A stretch of DNA of 64,000 bases from Vulcanimicrobiota bacterium (GTDB taxonomy: Bacteria; Vulcanimicrobiota; Vulcanimicrobiia; Vulcanimicrobiales; Vulcanimicrobiaceae), in assembly GCA_963717425.1 (NCBI GenBank), contig OY970335.1, positions 1,777,226 through 1,841,225 on the forward strand. Reading direction: 5' to 3'. Of this stretch, positions 38,113-49,431 are shown piece after piece. Within the stretch, counting starts at the first letter, position 1. Each line of letters begins with the position of its first letter. The notes under the pieces are model-generated. The model did not search any database, was not told where the DNA came from, and was given only the letters and a program-made list of their open reading frames with translations. A program made the position numbers and the translations under genes.

Positions 38113-41100
38113 CTAGGAGGACTGAATAGCGATCTGCTCAAGAGAGCCTAATCGATCGGGCACGCCAATCACGACGACATGCTTCAGTCTAACCCAGTCG
38201 AATAACGAAGTTCTTAGCACCCGACCGCCATTGAGCCAACCTGGGTCATTGTGAAGAAATGGATGTGCGAACACAATTCTGTGGTCCTTCGAAGAGGCTA
38301 TCGCATGGTGAGGACCGGAGCCGGTGAAGGTGTATGTGCCGTCGATCCGCGCCAGAGACGCCACCGCTGCTTCATAATCTACCTGTCGACCGGGTAACGA
38401 TTCTCCCTTCAAGAGGTGTACAAAGTCTAGGGCAAGACGCCAATCCAATAGTGGGTGCTTTTGGCGATTGGCGTAGCTACGTAGGCAGCGATAGCATGAA
38501 GAGTCACAACGATGCTGCGTGGCATCTTCGAACTTCTCGCCAAAAGTTTGGCCGAGCATGTCGGCCAACAGCGATTCAAAAAACCGTGGGTCGCCGATTT
38601 GCTCGGAAAAGCCGGCGCCATTCTCAAGTTCATCGGCAAGAAAGACGAACGCTCGTGGCCTTCTATTCTCATCGATCTCCTGCCAAAGGCCCTGCTCAAG
38701 CTCATGTGGATCGAGGTCCATTTTTGCGGTAGCTGCGGTCGCTATCAAAGCGGCCAATGACGTCCACGCGGCGCGGCGTGCGGGACTTGTCGGAGCGAGA
38801 TCGTAGGACCGCCGAAGGCGATTGCTCGCGCCTATCACGAGAACGTCGGTGCTGGTCTTGCACATCAGCGCTACATCGGAAAGGGGCTGTACGTACTCGG
38901 CCTTTTGCCATTCGAGGCGGCGAGTCTCGTCCTCATCTAGGATCCCGGGTTGACCGAGCGCGGACACGAATGTAAACGCGGCGCCGCCATTATCATTAAC
39001 AACATACACCATACCGTGACCCGTCCGAAGCTCCGCCTCGATGCATGGCTCTCCGGACGCGGGTACCGGCGCTCCGGTTAAACGTGCGTTGCCGCCTCTT
39101 GCGACGAACTCAGTCCCCCACTCATATGTTTGGGGTTCGTCCGAGTAATCGGTTCGGAATCCCAGTGGTTCAACCAGTGTGATCGGTTCGAAGGAGCCTT
39201 CGTTGCAGTATCTACACGGACGAAATGAGGTGTCATCATTTTCGGCTATCTTGCCACAGCTGACACAAACGTCTCTTACCTCTCGATTCCGGTATGGTTT
39301 GGTTATCGGTTGAAACGCTGGATCGTAAGCTACAAGCCCGATAGATCGATGGATCGTTTTGTCTCGAACGATCTCGGCTCCCGGCGCGAACTCGGCCACC
39401 GCCATTTTGAGCTGCCGTGATATCGCAGTTTCATTAGGTGGCCACACATCCTGATCTCTTCGGCTTGGGCCTCGCACATACAGCGGGCGCACTCGTGTGG
39501 GAAAGCCGAACAGGGGTAGGATACCAGCGTAGGCGAGCTCGCGACTCAGCTGAGCCCGACGTGTTATTGCCGGCTCTTCCGCCACCTCGATAGTATGCTC
39601 AACGAATTCATCGATCTCTGCGATGAGAGGTTGCTGCAGATAGGACAAGAGAGTCTGACTGTCGACACCTGTGCGATTTGACAGCCTTTCGGCTATTGCG
39701 GCAATGGTAGGAGATTGGGCGAGAAACTGACTAACGAAATCTTTATAGTAATGCCACTCTTCAAGCGTTGCGAACGACCCATGCGCCGTCGTGTCTGGCG
39801 AATCGTCGATGTCTTCGAGGTCGTCGAGAGCGACGGTCGGGCGTGGCATAATAGTCGATGCCTCATGAAACGCCCAGTACAGAGCCTCTTGTGCGGCAAC
39901 ACGCCTTGCGATACGTTGCGGGTCTCGTACGAGTTTTGGGGGCGGCGGGACATCACCAGTAATGCTCGACTGATTTGCAAAGTAGTGATCGTCGTGGCTA
40001 CGGCTACGGCAGACAGTCAAAGAGATCGCAATGGTTCTGCCTGCGCGCCCGGCTCTACCTACGCGCTGCTGGTAGTTCTGTCGCATCGGCGGCACGTTTG
40101 CCAGCATAACAGTCTGCAGAGTCCCGATGTCGATGCCCGCCTCCATCGTCGTGGTAACGCTCAGTACGTCAATGCCGTCGAAATCGAGATTTTCATCAGC
40201 GAGCGCCACGCCGCGGAAAAGCCTTTGGCGCTGCTGTGCGTCGCTCAATGGCGTCTGACCCGAAAGCTCCTCGGTGTGGAGGCGGGACATGTCACGTTCT
40301 TGAGCAACGAACGCATAATAGTCTTCTGACCGATGTTCGAACTGTTGCTCAGTCAAACGAAACCCACACGTTATGCAAATCTCCCCATAGGCACTGAGAT
40401 GACGTCGTGAGCAACGACCGCACTTCCACTGAGAACCACCGGGCGGCGCGAAGGCGAGGAGTCCCGCCTGGATGTACATTCCAGAAACGAGTATATCCGA
40501 TCGCTCAAGTATGTTATAGAGTTCGTACCCGACGGAATTCCAATCTGGCCGATCTAATGCTCTGGCTACGTGTCTCGCGTAGCGTTTTGCGTCGCCCCAA
40601 AGGCGATAATTTCCCGTACGCTCTGGCTTGTTCTTAGGGCGGCGCAACTCTTCAAAACGGCGCATCCCGATTAGTACCTGAAGCATGCCTTCTGCAAATG
40701 GCAGTATTTCTGGGCTCCCGCGTAGCGAAGTAGCAGGAACGATTCGAGCGAGACCGATATTTTGAAAGTCGCGACGCGCGCCGGAGCCAGCCAAGTCGGC
40801 TATCTCGTTACGGAGCCTCGTCCGAATAGCAGTCACGAGCTCAAGAGCACCTTCATCTAGGCGCGCTTCGTCTATGGTGTAGTGCTCAAAAGCATCCCTG
40901 CGCCACAGATGGTACCACGGCCGCTCTTGCGTGCCTACATCGTAGGTTTGGAGGGAACGATCGATTCCCGCCGGGTTCGTATGTGCCCGGGAAACCAGGG
41001 CACTCTCGACAGACTCCCGCAGCAATCTGAATGGCAGCCCGGTCGTAAAGCGACTGATCTTCTGTCTAATTTCCTCTGCTGCGGTCGCAGCTATAAGATC

Positions 41101-43677
41101 GGGAGTCTGCTCTAGCGCCAATACTTCTGCCGCCAGCGCGCTGTGCCTTGAGTAGAACTCGTCTGCGAGCCTCGCAGTGCTCAAATCAAGTCTTTCTCGT
41201 CGCGCACGACGTACGAACGCATCGAGGCGCTCGATGTCCATGCGTACGTCAAATAACCGACTTAGAATGGCCTGTCGGATCAAATCCTTCCAGTGGCCTG
41301 ACTCGAGATCTGCTCCCAGGGTCGCAGCAGCATTCCTGCTATCAGAGAACGCGATCAGCTGGCGGAGCTGCGCAAACCCATCACTCTGGTTCGCCTGTGA
41401 CACTCGTTCCAGCAAGGCATCGGCCAGTATCTGAGTAGCCTTGTGGAGACCAGTCGCTGAATCACGAATCACGTTGTTCCTAAAACGGCGCCGATCAGCG
41501 AGGCCGACGCGGTCTCCCGGAATTCTCAGTGCCTGGTTATAACCGTCGTCACCACAAGCCGGACAGTGAATGGGGTAATGCGGAAGCGATCTGCGGAACG
41601 CGGAGACTTGCTCAAAAACGCGTCCTCGGTCTCGGGGGGCGCGACGGTATCGCGGGCGGATGTCATAGATAAAGAATGGTGCATTTGTTGCACCGAGGGT
41701 TTGTGTGTCCAGTAGACCTGTCATTGGGTCAAAATTGGTTGGGAAGAAGCCAATCTCTAGTTGAACGTTAGCTCCGTCGTCGGTGCGATCATCGATTTCG
41801 AGATTTTCGCTCTCGGGCCGTTTCCCCATGGAAGGCCAAAGTACCGAATACGTCGCGATAGTGCGTCGCTGCTCTTTCTGATCGCCTGCAATTTGCCTCG
41901 AATCAATTGCAACGGCAAAGTGATGCTCGTCGTGCGGATCTTCCCCTGCGCGAATCGCCCAACCACTTATAAGTTGCTCGCCGCAGGTTTCACAGTAGAG
42001 CAGGTGCAGGATGCGGCCGCCACATTCGCACTCGAAGCGCGGTTCGGCGTAAAAGCGCCCAACATTCCGATCATCGTCGGTTTCGGACACACGGTCGCAC
42101 AGCACGTTCGTGCACACCCATCCTCCCGGGACCGTACGCACGAAGAGATGCGCCCTGGAGGGCAGCATCGGAACGTCGATCTGCAGGCGCTCGTCGCGCG
42201 TTCGCAATGCCTCTAGAAGCCCCGACAGAGCTATGCTACCATTCGGGACGTCGCCGAAGGCAGCGTCCTGCAATTGGGTCCATGACGCGGGACGCGGTTG
42301 ATCGGCACCGCCGGCGCGCGTCGACGCGTCCAAGGCGGCTTCAATTACTCCCGCGCTTTCCAAGGCTAGGTCCAATCGATCAGCACCCAGGGAGCGCGCC
42401 AGACGAAAGGCGTCCTTATCTCGGTCGAATTCGGCAAAGCTCGCTGCGGTATCCCGCAGGATGGTCGACTCTGCGGGGCTGTGGAGAGGAACAGAAGCGC
42501 AAGTCTCAAAGCTGCTTCCAGGCGCACCAAAGAACGTTTCGAGGAATGTCTCAGTGTCGCGTTCCGCTCCGAGGGATGCGCTGGTAGCGAGTATCCGGAG
42601 CTGTGGCGAAGTGGGGTCCAGGCCAAAGCGGCTCAGCACATTACGCAGTAGCATCGCGACTTCGCTCCCCATTGTGCCGCGATATGTGTGTAATTCGTCG
42701 ACGACCAATGTGAACACGTGGTCCGGATTCTGGACCAACCACTCGGCAGTCGCTGCGAACATGCCAGCTTCTCGCTGACGTAACATCATGATATTTAACA
42801 TCGCGTAGTTCGTGATCATGATATCCGGCGGGTGCGCGATCATGTCCCAACGACCACGCATCTCGGCTCCATCTAAGCGCTGGACGTAGGTGTTGGATAT
42901 TCCCGCATCGATCGTCGCCTGTTGTTGGCGAAGCCATTTGCGATACCGCCGCTCTGAAGCTCCGCGTTCCGCGACCACGTCTCCCGGAACGTCTCCTGGA
43001 ACCGGTGTCCGTCCAGTGTACCGCCCAAAATATATCCGATTATTATTTAGATGTGACCGGTACCACGCACGAGCATAGTCAGAATCCAATGCCTCTCGCA
43101 TTCGTCTAATCTGATCGTCTACCAAGGCATTCATCGGGTAGAGAATCAATGCCCGAACTGCAGCGTGACGCGCTTCGCCCATCCTCTGTGCCCGAAAGCG
43201 ACGATTACCCGTCCACCATTGCGTGTCGCTGTCATTTGGGGCCGCCCAGGGTCGCCGGATGGCCTCAGCCGCAATGTTTGCGACGATTGGGAATAGGAAC
43301 GCTTCGGTCTTTCCTGACCCGGTACCGGATCGCACTAGTGCGTTTCGCCTGTCTGAAGCCCCCATCCCGAAGAACGCCCGAAAGGCTTTGCCCTGATGCA
43401 GAAAAGGCCGACCGACGAGGTCCGAAAACAGTCCGGGTTGGATCAGGGTGGCGATATCTGAACCCGGCAATACTGAGTCCACTAGCTCTGCAATCGTTAA
43501 GTCGTCAGACTGATAGCGGGGGATGAGCTCTATCAGGGGCTCACCCGAAACGGCTCCCGGCCGTTCTAGCTCAACACGGCGCTCCCGGGCCACCGCTGAA
43601 CTCTTGAGTGCAAATGCCGTATCATAATAACGTAGAAAATCGCTCAAAAGGTCTTTCTGAAGCCGTAGGGGATTCAC
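38113..43677 (-). CDS. Giant DEAD/DEAH-box superfamily-2 helicase fused to a C-terminal DUF1998 (MrfA-type zinc-binding) domain; Druantia DruE-like.
   Basis: 1854 aa. Motif [13 protein letters not shown] (nt 43306-43326). Motif [13 protein letters not shown]. Motif [11 protein letters not shown]. Motifs [16 protein letters not shown]...[12 protein letters not shown]-terminal [25 protein letters not shown] (near nt 38470-38514). Several inserted CxxC zinc ribbons. The GTG start overlaps the upstream TAG (TAGTG). Confidence 0.9.
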   Translation of the reverse strand: MNPLRLQKDLLSDFLRYYDTAFALKSSAVARERRVELERPGAVSGEPLIELIPRYQSDDLTIAELVDSVLPGSDIATLIQPGLFSDLVGRPFLHQGKAFRAFFGMGASDRRNALVRSGTGSGKTEAFLFPIVANIAAEAIRRPWAAPNDSDTQWWTGNRRFRAQRMGEARHAAVRALILYPMNALVDDQIRRMREALDSDYARAWYRSHLNNNRIYFGRYTGRTPVPGDVPGDVVAERGASERRYRKWLRQQQATIDAGISNTYVQRLDGAEMRGRWDMIAHPPDIMITNYAMLNIMMLRQREAGMFAATAEWLVQNPDHVFTLVVDELHTYRGTMGSEVAMLLRNVLSRFGLDPTSPQLRILATSASLGAERDTETFLETFFGAPGSSFETCASVPLHSPAESTILRDTAASFAEFDRDKDAFRLARSLGADRLDLALESAGVIEAALDASTRAGGADQPRPASWTQLQDAAFGDVPNGSIALSGLLEALRTRDERLQIDVPMLPSRAHLFVRTVPGGWVCTNVLCDRVSETDDDRNVGRFYAEPRFECECGGRILHLLYCETCGEQLISGWAIRAGEDPHDEHHFAVAIDSRQIAGDQKEQRRTIATYSVLWPSMGKRPESENLEIDDRTDDGANVQLEIGFFPTNFDPMTGLLDTQTLGATNAPFFIYDIRPRYRRAPRDRGRVFEQVSAFRRSLPHYPIHCPACGDDGYNQALRIPGDRVGLADRRRFRNNVIRDSATGLHKATQILADALLERVSQANQSDGFAQLRQLIAFSDSRNAAATLGADLESGHWKDLIRQAILSRLFDVRMDIERLDAFVRRARRERLDLSTARLADEFYSRHSALAAEVLALEQTPDLIAATAAEEIRQKISRFTTGLPFRLLRESVESALVSRAHTNPAGIDRSLQTYDVGTQERPWYHLWRRDAFEHYTIDEARLDEGALELVTAIRTRLRNEIADLAGSGARRDFQNIGLARIVPATSLRGSPEILPFAEGMLQVLIGMRRFEELRRPKNKPERTGNYRLWGDAKRYARHVARALDRPDWNSVGYELYNILERSDILVSGMYIQAGLLAFAPPGGSQWKCGRCSRRHLSAYGEICITCGFRLTEQQFEHRSEDYYAFVAQERDMSRLHTEELSGQTPLSDAQQRQRLFRGVALADENLDFDGIDVLSVTTTMEAGIDIGTLQTVMLANVPPMRQNYQQRVGRAGRAGRTIAISLTVCRSRSHDDHYFANQSSITGDVPPPPKLVRDPQRIARRVAAQEALYWAFHEASTIMPRPTVALDDLEDIDDSPDTTAHGSFATLEEWHYYKDFVSQFLAQSPTIAAIAERLSNRTGVDSQTLLSYLQQPLIAEIDEFVEHTIEVAEEPAITRRAQLSRELAYAGILPLFGFPTRVRPLYVRGPSRRDQDVWPPNETAISRQLKMAVAEFAPGAEIVRDKTIHRSIGLVAYDPAFQPITKPYRNREVRDVCVSCGKIAENDDTSFRPCRYCNEGSFEPITLVEPLGFRTDYSDEPQTYEWGTEFVARGGNARLTGAPVPASGEPCIEAELRTGHGMVYVVNDNGGAAFTFVSALGQPGILDEDETRRLEWQKAEYVQPLSDVALMCKTSTDVLVIGASNRLRRSYDLAPTSPARRAAWTSLAALIATAATAKMDLDPHELEQGLWQEIDENRRPRAFVFLADELENGAGFSEQIGDPRFFESLLADMLGQTFGEKFEDATQHRCDSSCYRCLRSYANRQKHPLLDWRLALDFVHLLKGESLPGRQVDYEAAVASLARIDGTYTFTGSGPHHAIASSKDHRIVFAHPFLHNDPGWLNGGRVLRTSLFDWVRLKHVVVIGVPDRLGSLEQIAIQSS

Positions 43678-44633
43678 TATGAACCTCCCGATTTGGCGAT
43701 CGGCTTTAGCGCCGGCAACTCATCGAGGGCGCTGAGCAGCTTCATCGCGATTATCCTAGCTATTCGTGCCGATACGCCGTCGTAGCAAGCGTAGCTCCTA
43801 TCGCCGAAAGCCTCACGATGGACCCCAAGAAAGCGTGCGCCACAGAAATGCAAAACGCGCTCAGCGAGAATTGGTATTGGCACACGAGCGTCGACGGCGA
43901 GTCGGCCGGCACCGTAACGTAGGAATCGCAATCCGGTCCGGCCGGCTGCGTACGCAAGAGCCAACTCCAGCTCAATGCGGCGTGCGCCTCGGTAGTCCAC
44001 ATAATAGTATTCGGCTGCAGAAAACTGTCTTCTTACGCGCAGCACCTGGAAATTAAGTTCAGAGTCGGCCCGGTCCGCCGCAGGGTCAAATGTTAATGCA
44101 ATCGGGTCCAAGAAATGGACATCGCCGTCACCTATAGCATCCGTCAAGCCGATCAATGGTCTTGAGTAAATGATCGAACCGAGCTGGGGCAGAGCGGAAA
44201 GGAGCGCCCAACCGGCGTCTAGCGAAGAGCGCTCGATTCGAAAGTATTCCGGCATTTGCTCAAGAGACGCTATGTCAGCGCCTTCCCCAGCCAGAATCTC
44301 CGATCGTGTGTACGAAATATTTCTTGTGACGATTGCGGCGTTGGCCGCGATTACAAAACCGTTCCGACCAAGTAAGACTGAGCGACTATCGTCGATTAGA
44401 CCGACGCCCAACAGCCGTCCTGGAACGACACGAATGATGGTCAAGGGCGGTACGCTCCACGAGCGGTTCCCGAGCCAGTCGAACTCTACGAGGCCCCTGG
44501 CGGCCAACGCGCGTGCCGCAAAATATTCATGGAGATTCAGGCCCGTAATGTCCTCAACTGCCCGTTTGAAAGTATGCCAGCTGCCGGCGCCCGTTCCTGC
44601 GAGAAACGACAGAAGCGCATCGCCATTCAGCAT
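43677..44633 (-). CDS. Hypothetical protein, middle gene of the helicase operon (318 aa).
   Basis: ATG 44633 overlaps the upstream TAA by 1 nt (TAATG), and its TAG overlaps the helicase GTG (TAGTG). No family or catalytic motif recognised. Confidence 0.65.
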   Translation of the reverse strand: MLNGDALLSFLAGTGAGSWHTFKRAVEDITGLNLHEYFAARALAARGLVEFDWLGNRSWSVPPLTIIRVVPGRLLGVGLIDDSRSVLLGRNGFVIAANAAIVTRNISYTRSEILAGEGADIASLEQMPEYFRIERSSLDAGWALLSALPQLGSIIYSRPLIGLTDAIGDGDVHFLDPIALTFDPAADRADSELNFQVLRVRRQFSAAEYYYVDYRGARRIELELALAYAAGRTGLRFLRYGAGRLAVDARVPIPILAERVLHFCGARFLGVHREAFGDRSYACYDGVSARIARIIAMKLLSALDELPALKPIAKSGGS

Positions 44634-46510
44634 TAGAGTAATAGCCCGCCGATAACAATCACCACTCGGCAATTCATGTATTCGTTGGTCTGGGCTGCGC
44701 CCGGGCTTGTAGTAGGGATAGCGATGCCACGAGCACGGCAGATGTCGAAGCCCTCGCAATCGTAGGGATCCATGCTCGATGTGACTGACCGAAGCGTCAG
44801 GCTAAAGGACTTACGGACACCGAGGACCTGCACAAAATGCATCCCCGGGGAAAGGTTAAATGGCAACCCATATTCTTTTCGACGAATTGCTGGTTCGGGG
44901 AGCATCCCGTCGTCGAGTGTCACACTTGCTTCCTCGATAGTAGGATGATCAAAAAAGATTTGCGGCGGCGTGGGCTGAAAGTATTCCGTGCCAACTCGCA
45001 GGCCCCGGCGAAACGTTACTCGAGCGCGATCTGGCGCCAAGAGATCCTCGAGTGCTGCGGGAATCGCTTCCCGCTCTGCGCGAGGTGCCCGTGCAGTGAC
45101 GATCGCAAGCTGCGGGGCCCCGTAACAATCACGGATCGCACTGTTCGCCCCCGAAATTGAGGCGAACGCTGCGCGGAGCGTTTCGGCAGTCTCTCGCGAA
45201 CAAAGCACGGCACAAAGGTCTCCAGCTCGTAGTTGGGTAGTCGCGATCCAACCTGTTCCATAGTTCGCGAATGTCACCACGTCATCCACAGATACCAGGC
45301 CTTTAGTGCCATTTGCTAATTCGTACATTATCGCGCCTTCATCCCATAGAAAGGACGTGGTGTCGGCGTCTTGCCAATCGTCCCCACCGATCCGACGTAC
45401 TTGAACGGACAGCTTCCACGGCAGCGCACCAATGTTCGCTCGGAGCACCAGGCGCTTTTCGAACGTTGTCCGATTACGATGTCGAGATGGCAGAGCCGCG
45501 ACGCGCCCGATGGCGTCTGCGATCGGGCTTATACGTTCCCCTTTTTGAGTCGAAATGTGCGATGACGCGCGCTCGGCTGGCCCACTAGTAATTCCCAAAG
45601 GATCGTGAGAAGCACGAAGCCCTCTTTCGGCGAGCTTTCGGTGCACAGAAGGCATGACCGTATCCTGAGGGTCGCAGCGATCCAGAAACCACCGCACGTA
45701 CTCCGTTTCGACGAGGTCGACGAACCCCTCGAAGAGGTGGCCCTCAGCGTGGACGAGTTCCAGCGTGTGTTCGAGAGCGTGAGAAAAAGCGTAGTCTCCG
45801 GGGTGCTGTAGCTCGTCGAGCATCATGTCGCGAATATCGCTCCGTGTCAGCTCGCGTCGACCCGCGCAGCGATGATCGAAGTAAAAGGCGAGCTGACGCC
45901 TCGAAGAAGCGCTGAGCAATACCTGAACTCGCGCTCGCCAAACATACTTTCCACCAAATGCACTATTGACGAGTAGGAGGCGCCCACGTCGACCCCCGCA
46001 ATTCACCTCAAGATAGTCTCCAAGCTCACGATAAAAGGACGTTGCATCAGAGAAGTGTGGGACATACGGAGTATCTCCCAGACCGAGCAAGTGTCCGAGC
46101 TGACGATGGAAGTATGCGCGCCGTCCTCCTTCGATCGCGTCGCCACTTTGTGAAGCCGCCAATGAAAAAACCGCTAATAATCCGACGTAATATGGAGGAT
46201 CGCGGTCCGCGACAGAGCGGCGTAACCAAGGGTGCCACCAGATGAATGGGTCGGCGTCGTGATGACGGATCAGCGCGCATATACTTTCCTTGAAGTTTTC
46301 AGGCGAGCGACCCATTTCCGTCGCGACCGAACGTAACTCACCGTCATCGAAGGACAGGATCCGGACAGCACCTGTGTCGGTTATAGGGAAGTAGCGCTGG
46401 AATATGCGATCATTCCACTCAAAGTAATCGGCGGCGTGGTCTGAATCGACGTCCGTTGCGGAACTCGGTTGGAGCGGCATCCCGTCGCGATTGGTCGGAC
46501 CAAGCGCCAT
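44633..46510 (-). CDS. Hypothetical protein, first gene of the helicase operon (625 aa).
   Basis: Long ORF with ordinary amino-acid composition, coupled to the downstream gene. No family or motif recognised. Confidence 0.7.
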   Translation of the reverse strand: MALGPTNRDGMPLQPSSATDVDSDHAADYFEWNDRIFQRYFPITDTGAVRILSFDDGELRSVATEMGRSPENFKESICALIRHHDADPFIWWHPWLRRSVADRDPPYYVGLLAVFSLAASQSGDAIEGGRRAYFHRQLGHLLGLGDTPYVPHFSDATSFYRELGDYLEVNCGGRRGRLLLVNSAFGGKYVWRARVQVLLSASSRRQLAFYFDHRCAGRRELTRSDIRDMMLDELQHPGDYAFSHALEHTLELVHAEGHLFEGFVDLVETEYVRWFLDRCDPQDTVMPSVHRKLAERGLRASHDPLGITSGPAERASSHISTQKGERISPIADAIGRVAALPSRHRNRTTFEKRLVLRANIGALPWKLSVQVRRIGGDDWQDADTTSFLWDEGAIMYELANGTKGLVSVDDVVTFANYGTGWIATTQLRAGDLCAVLCSRETAETLRAAFASISGANSAIRDCYGAPQLAIVTARAPRAEREAIPAALEDLLAPDRARVTFRRGLRVGTEYFQPTPPQIFFDHPTIEEASVTLDDGMLPEPAIRRKEYGLPFNLSPGMHFVQVLGVRKSFSLTLRSVTSSMDPYDCEGFDICRARGIAIPTTSPGAAQTNEYMNCRVVIVIGGLLL

Positions 46511-46969
46511 TACGATGCAGCGGGCCGGGCGCGTCTCATAGCCATGCTGAACGAGCCCACGTAGGAACGGGGACTATAAGGAGTGACTCGGATCGTGTTC
46601 GCCACATCCGAGCAGTTTGAAATCGATCAGCCGCCAAGCGCCAGTTATCTTATAACCTCAAAATCCGGACGCCTTCATCCGGTCGGTTGGCGCCGTCTCG
46701 ATGTGATGGGGGGCCGGCATACAATCCGACCCCAAGTGGTCTCCCGCCTAGGTAATTTGCGCTTATGGTCGCACGCTCGGGTCTTGACGCAGGGACTACA
46801 GTGCAGTTCCTCGCAGCAGCGCTCCGTTACCCAGGGACAACCCGTCGGGATGCTAGAACCGAATCAAAGCAAGCTGGCTTTCGCTAGGCGACCGGCTCCT
46901 TTCCTTCAGTCCGTTTCGTTTTGAAAAGGGGAACGATGCTACCGTGCATTCGTAGTAGGTTGAAATCCG

Positions 46970-49045
46970 ATGACTAGGTTCGAACTGAAGACGACTCTCT
47001 CGGTGCTTGAGGACCTCGGAATCAACAACTACACCAACGCCGCCGCCGTTCTCTCAGAGATCGTGGCGAATGCTTGGGACGCTGACGCTTCCAACGTCTT
47101 CGTTACGGTCAGCGGCAGCGGCGCAAGCCGCGTGATGACGATCGAAGATGACGGCGTCGGCATGACTGCTCTCGAGATCAATGAACGCTATTTGACCGTT
47201 GGCTACAAACGGCGCGATGCGCCGGGCGGAGGGCGAACTCCGTTGGGACGCGCAGTGATGGGGCGTAAAGGGATCGGCAAACTAGCCGTATTTTCGATCG
47301 CTTCGAAGGTCGAAGTGCACACCGTTAAGGGAAGGGCGCGGAGTGCATTCTCGATGGACCTAGCAGATCTTCGAGCGGACGCCAAAGCACAACGGCCGTA
47401 TTATCCCAAGGATCTCGCCTGTGTTAAGAACTTGACACGCGGTACGAGAATCGTTCTGCGCGGTATCAATGCATCTCTGACCCTCACCGACCGCTTCCTG
47501 CGACGGCATCTTTCCCGTCGCTTCACCATCATTGATGGCGCTCACGGCTTCTCTATTACAGTCAACGGGAAGCCTTTGACGCTTGCGGATCGGGAGTATT
47601 ATCCGAAGCTACAGTACATCTGGCATTATCACATGCCCGTCGTGCCGACTCTCGCTACAGCGGCGGAACAGGAAGAGGCACGCAACTTCCAAGTCTCGGT
47701 CCCCAATAAGAGCGGCAACGCGACTAAGTATGCGATATCCGGCTGGATCGCTACGGTAAAACAGCGTTCCCAACTGGCATCGTCGGATGACGACAACCTC
47801 AATCGCTTGTCTTTGGTCGTGCGCGGTAAACTCGCACACGAAAACTTTCTCGAGGAGTTCAGTGAAGCAGGGGTGTATGCAACTTATCTCATCGGAGAGA
47901 TGAACGCGGATTTCCTCGATATTGACGACAAGCCGGACATTGCAACGCCGAGCCGCCAGCGAATCGTCGAGAGCGATCCCCGTTACGTGGCTCTCAAGAA
48001 GTTTGTCCAGGCCGAACTGAAACACATCGAGTCGTCTTGGACCGCAATTCGCAACCAGACTGGACTTGAGTCCGCCCTGGAGATCCCAGCGATTTTTCAA
48101 TGGTACCAAGGCTTACAGCCCCGCGAGCAGATGATCGCGACAAAGCTATTGGGTCGGGTCAACACCTTACCGATTGAAGCCGACGAGCGACGAACGCTAT
48201 TTAAGCAGGCCGTTCTCTCGTTCGAGGTCTATAGGGTCAAGAGCAATCTCGACGCCCTGGAATCGATGTCATCTGACCAACTAGCTGCAGTCGGAGAGAT
48301 CTTCAAGAGTATCGATGACATCGAGGCAGCTCTTTACCTGCAGCTGGTTCGACAGAGGATCGGGATAATCGACGCCTTCGATCGCATGGTAGGTGAGAAT
48401 CAGAAGGAAGTCTTCCTGCAAAGCCACGTTTTTAACCACCTCTGGCTATTAGACACGGCTTGGGAACACGCCACTGAGAACGCTGTCATGGAAAAGAGCG
48501 TTCTCAAGATGCTCAAGGACGCAACAGGGAAGCCCACCAGTTCACTTTCAAGAGAGGTCGCTAGATCTCGCGTCGATATCCGATACAGGCTCGTCAGCGG
48601 TCGGCACGTGATCATCGAGCTCAAGCGCGCCAACAGGGTAATGAACACCGCCGACCTGCTGAAGCAAGTACAAAAATATGCGGCCGGAATGCGGAAGCTA
48701 TTGGCGGATAGCGGTGGCGCTTACGAACCATTCGAAATCATCGTACTGGTGGGGAAGCGGTTGAGCGATTGGAGCAACGATCCTGGGGCGGAGGAAGTCT
48801 CGCGGAAAACCTTTGCTCCGCATCAGACCCGAATTATGATGTACGACGAGGTGCTACGAAACGCGAAGAGTATGTATGGGGAGTTCGTCGCCAGAGAGAA
48901 GGAAGCATCAAAAATTGGGGCTATTCTCGAAAGCATCGACGAATCGGATATTCCCAAATCCGGTATTCTGGTACCAGGAGCCAATAAGAAGAGCCTTCCT
49001 CAGACTTCGGCGATGAAGCCGATCGTGCGCAAGAAACGACGATGA
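46970..49045 (+). CDS. GHKL/MORC-like ATPase (HATPase_c_3) fused to a C-terminal PD-(D/E)xK nuclease-like module; candidate ATP-dependent restriction component.
   Basis: Bergerat-fold motifs SEIVANAWDA, TIEDDGVGM and GRKGIGKLAVFS. C-terminal VDIRYRL...HVIIELKR (D at 48576-48578, E-L-K at 48617-48625). The stop overlaps the vsr start (ATGA at 49042-49045). Confidence 0.8.
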   Translation: MTRFELKTTLSVLEDLGINNYTNAAAVLSEIVANAWDADASNVFVTVSGSGASRVMTIEDDGVGMTALEINERYLTVGYKRRDAPGGGRTPLGRAVMGRKGIGKLAVFSIASKVEVHTVKGRARSAFSMDLADLRADAKAQRPYYPKDLACVKNLTRGTRIVLRGINASLTLTDRFLRRHLSRRFTIIDGAHGFSITVNGKPLTLADREYYPKLQYIWHYHMPVVPTLATAAEQEEARNFQVSVPNKSGNATKYAISGWIATVKQRSQLASSDDDNLNRLSLVVRGKLAHENFLEEFSEAGVYATYLIGEMNADFLDIDDKPDIATPSRQRIVESDPRYVALKKFVQAELKHIESSWTAIRNQTGLESALEIPAIFQWYQGLQPREQMIATKLLGRVNTLPIEADERRTLFKQAVLSFEVYRVKSNLDALESMSSDQLAAVGEIFKSIDDIEAALYLQLVRQRIGIIDAFDRMVGENQKEVFLQSHVFNHLWLLDTAWEHATENAVMEKSVLKMLKDATGKPTSSLSREVARSRVDIRYRLVSGRHVIIELKRANRVMNTADLLKQVQKYAAGMRKLLADSGGAYEPFEIIVLVGKRLSDWSNDPGAEEVSRKTFAPHQTRIMMYDEVLRNAKSMYGEFVAREKEASKIGAILESIDESDIPKSGILVPGANKKSLPQTSAMKPIVRKKRR

Positions 49046-49431
49046 GGCGTTCCTCGTCCGAACGCATGCGTCGAGTTGGCCGACGCGATACTGACTGCGA
49101 GTTGCGCCTTCGGTCTCGTTTGCATGCGATTGGATTTCGGTATCGAGTTGACTATTGCGTCGAAGGTTTGCGCACGAAACCTGATATCGCATTCGTCCGG
49201 GCAAGGGTCGCTATCTTCATCGACGGTTGCTACTGGCACGGATGTCCGGAGCATGGGACAATCTCTAAGACAAACGTCGGATTTTGGCGAGCGAAGATCG
49301 AGGGCAATCGAGAGCGGGATCGGCGCTTGACGAAGGACCTGACTCGGGCAGGCTGGCGAGTCGTGCGGTTGTGGTCACACGAATCTCTTGGCACCATGCT
49401 GGAACGAATTCGCGACGCATTGACGCGTTAG
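49042..49431 (+). CDS. vsr: Very-short-patch repair endonuclease.
   Basis: RMRRVGRRDTDCELRLRSRLHAIGFRYRV...KPDIAF...VAIFIDGCYWHGCPEHG...FWRAKIEGNRERDRR...GWRVVRLWSHE is collinear with E. coli Vsr as I remember it. Confidence 0.9.
   Translation: MRRSSSERMRRVGRRDTDCELRLRSRLHAIGFRYRVDYCVEGLRTKPDIAFVRARVAIFIDGCYWHGCPEHGTISKTNVGFWRAKIEGNRERDRRLTKDLTRAGWRVVRLWSHESLGTMLERIRDALTR

Noticed and set aside
37750-38151. Two short plus-strand ORFs (62 and 70 aa) between the ArdC-like operon and the helicase gene.
   Set aside because: They have no RBS and no recognisable motifs. One overlaps the helicase 3' end. The region is more plausibly promoter/terminator space.
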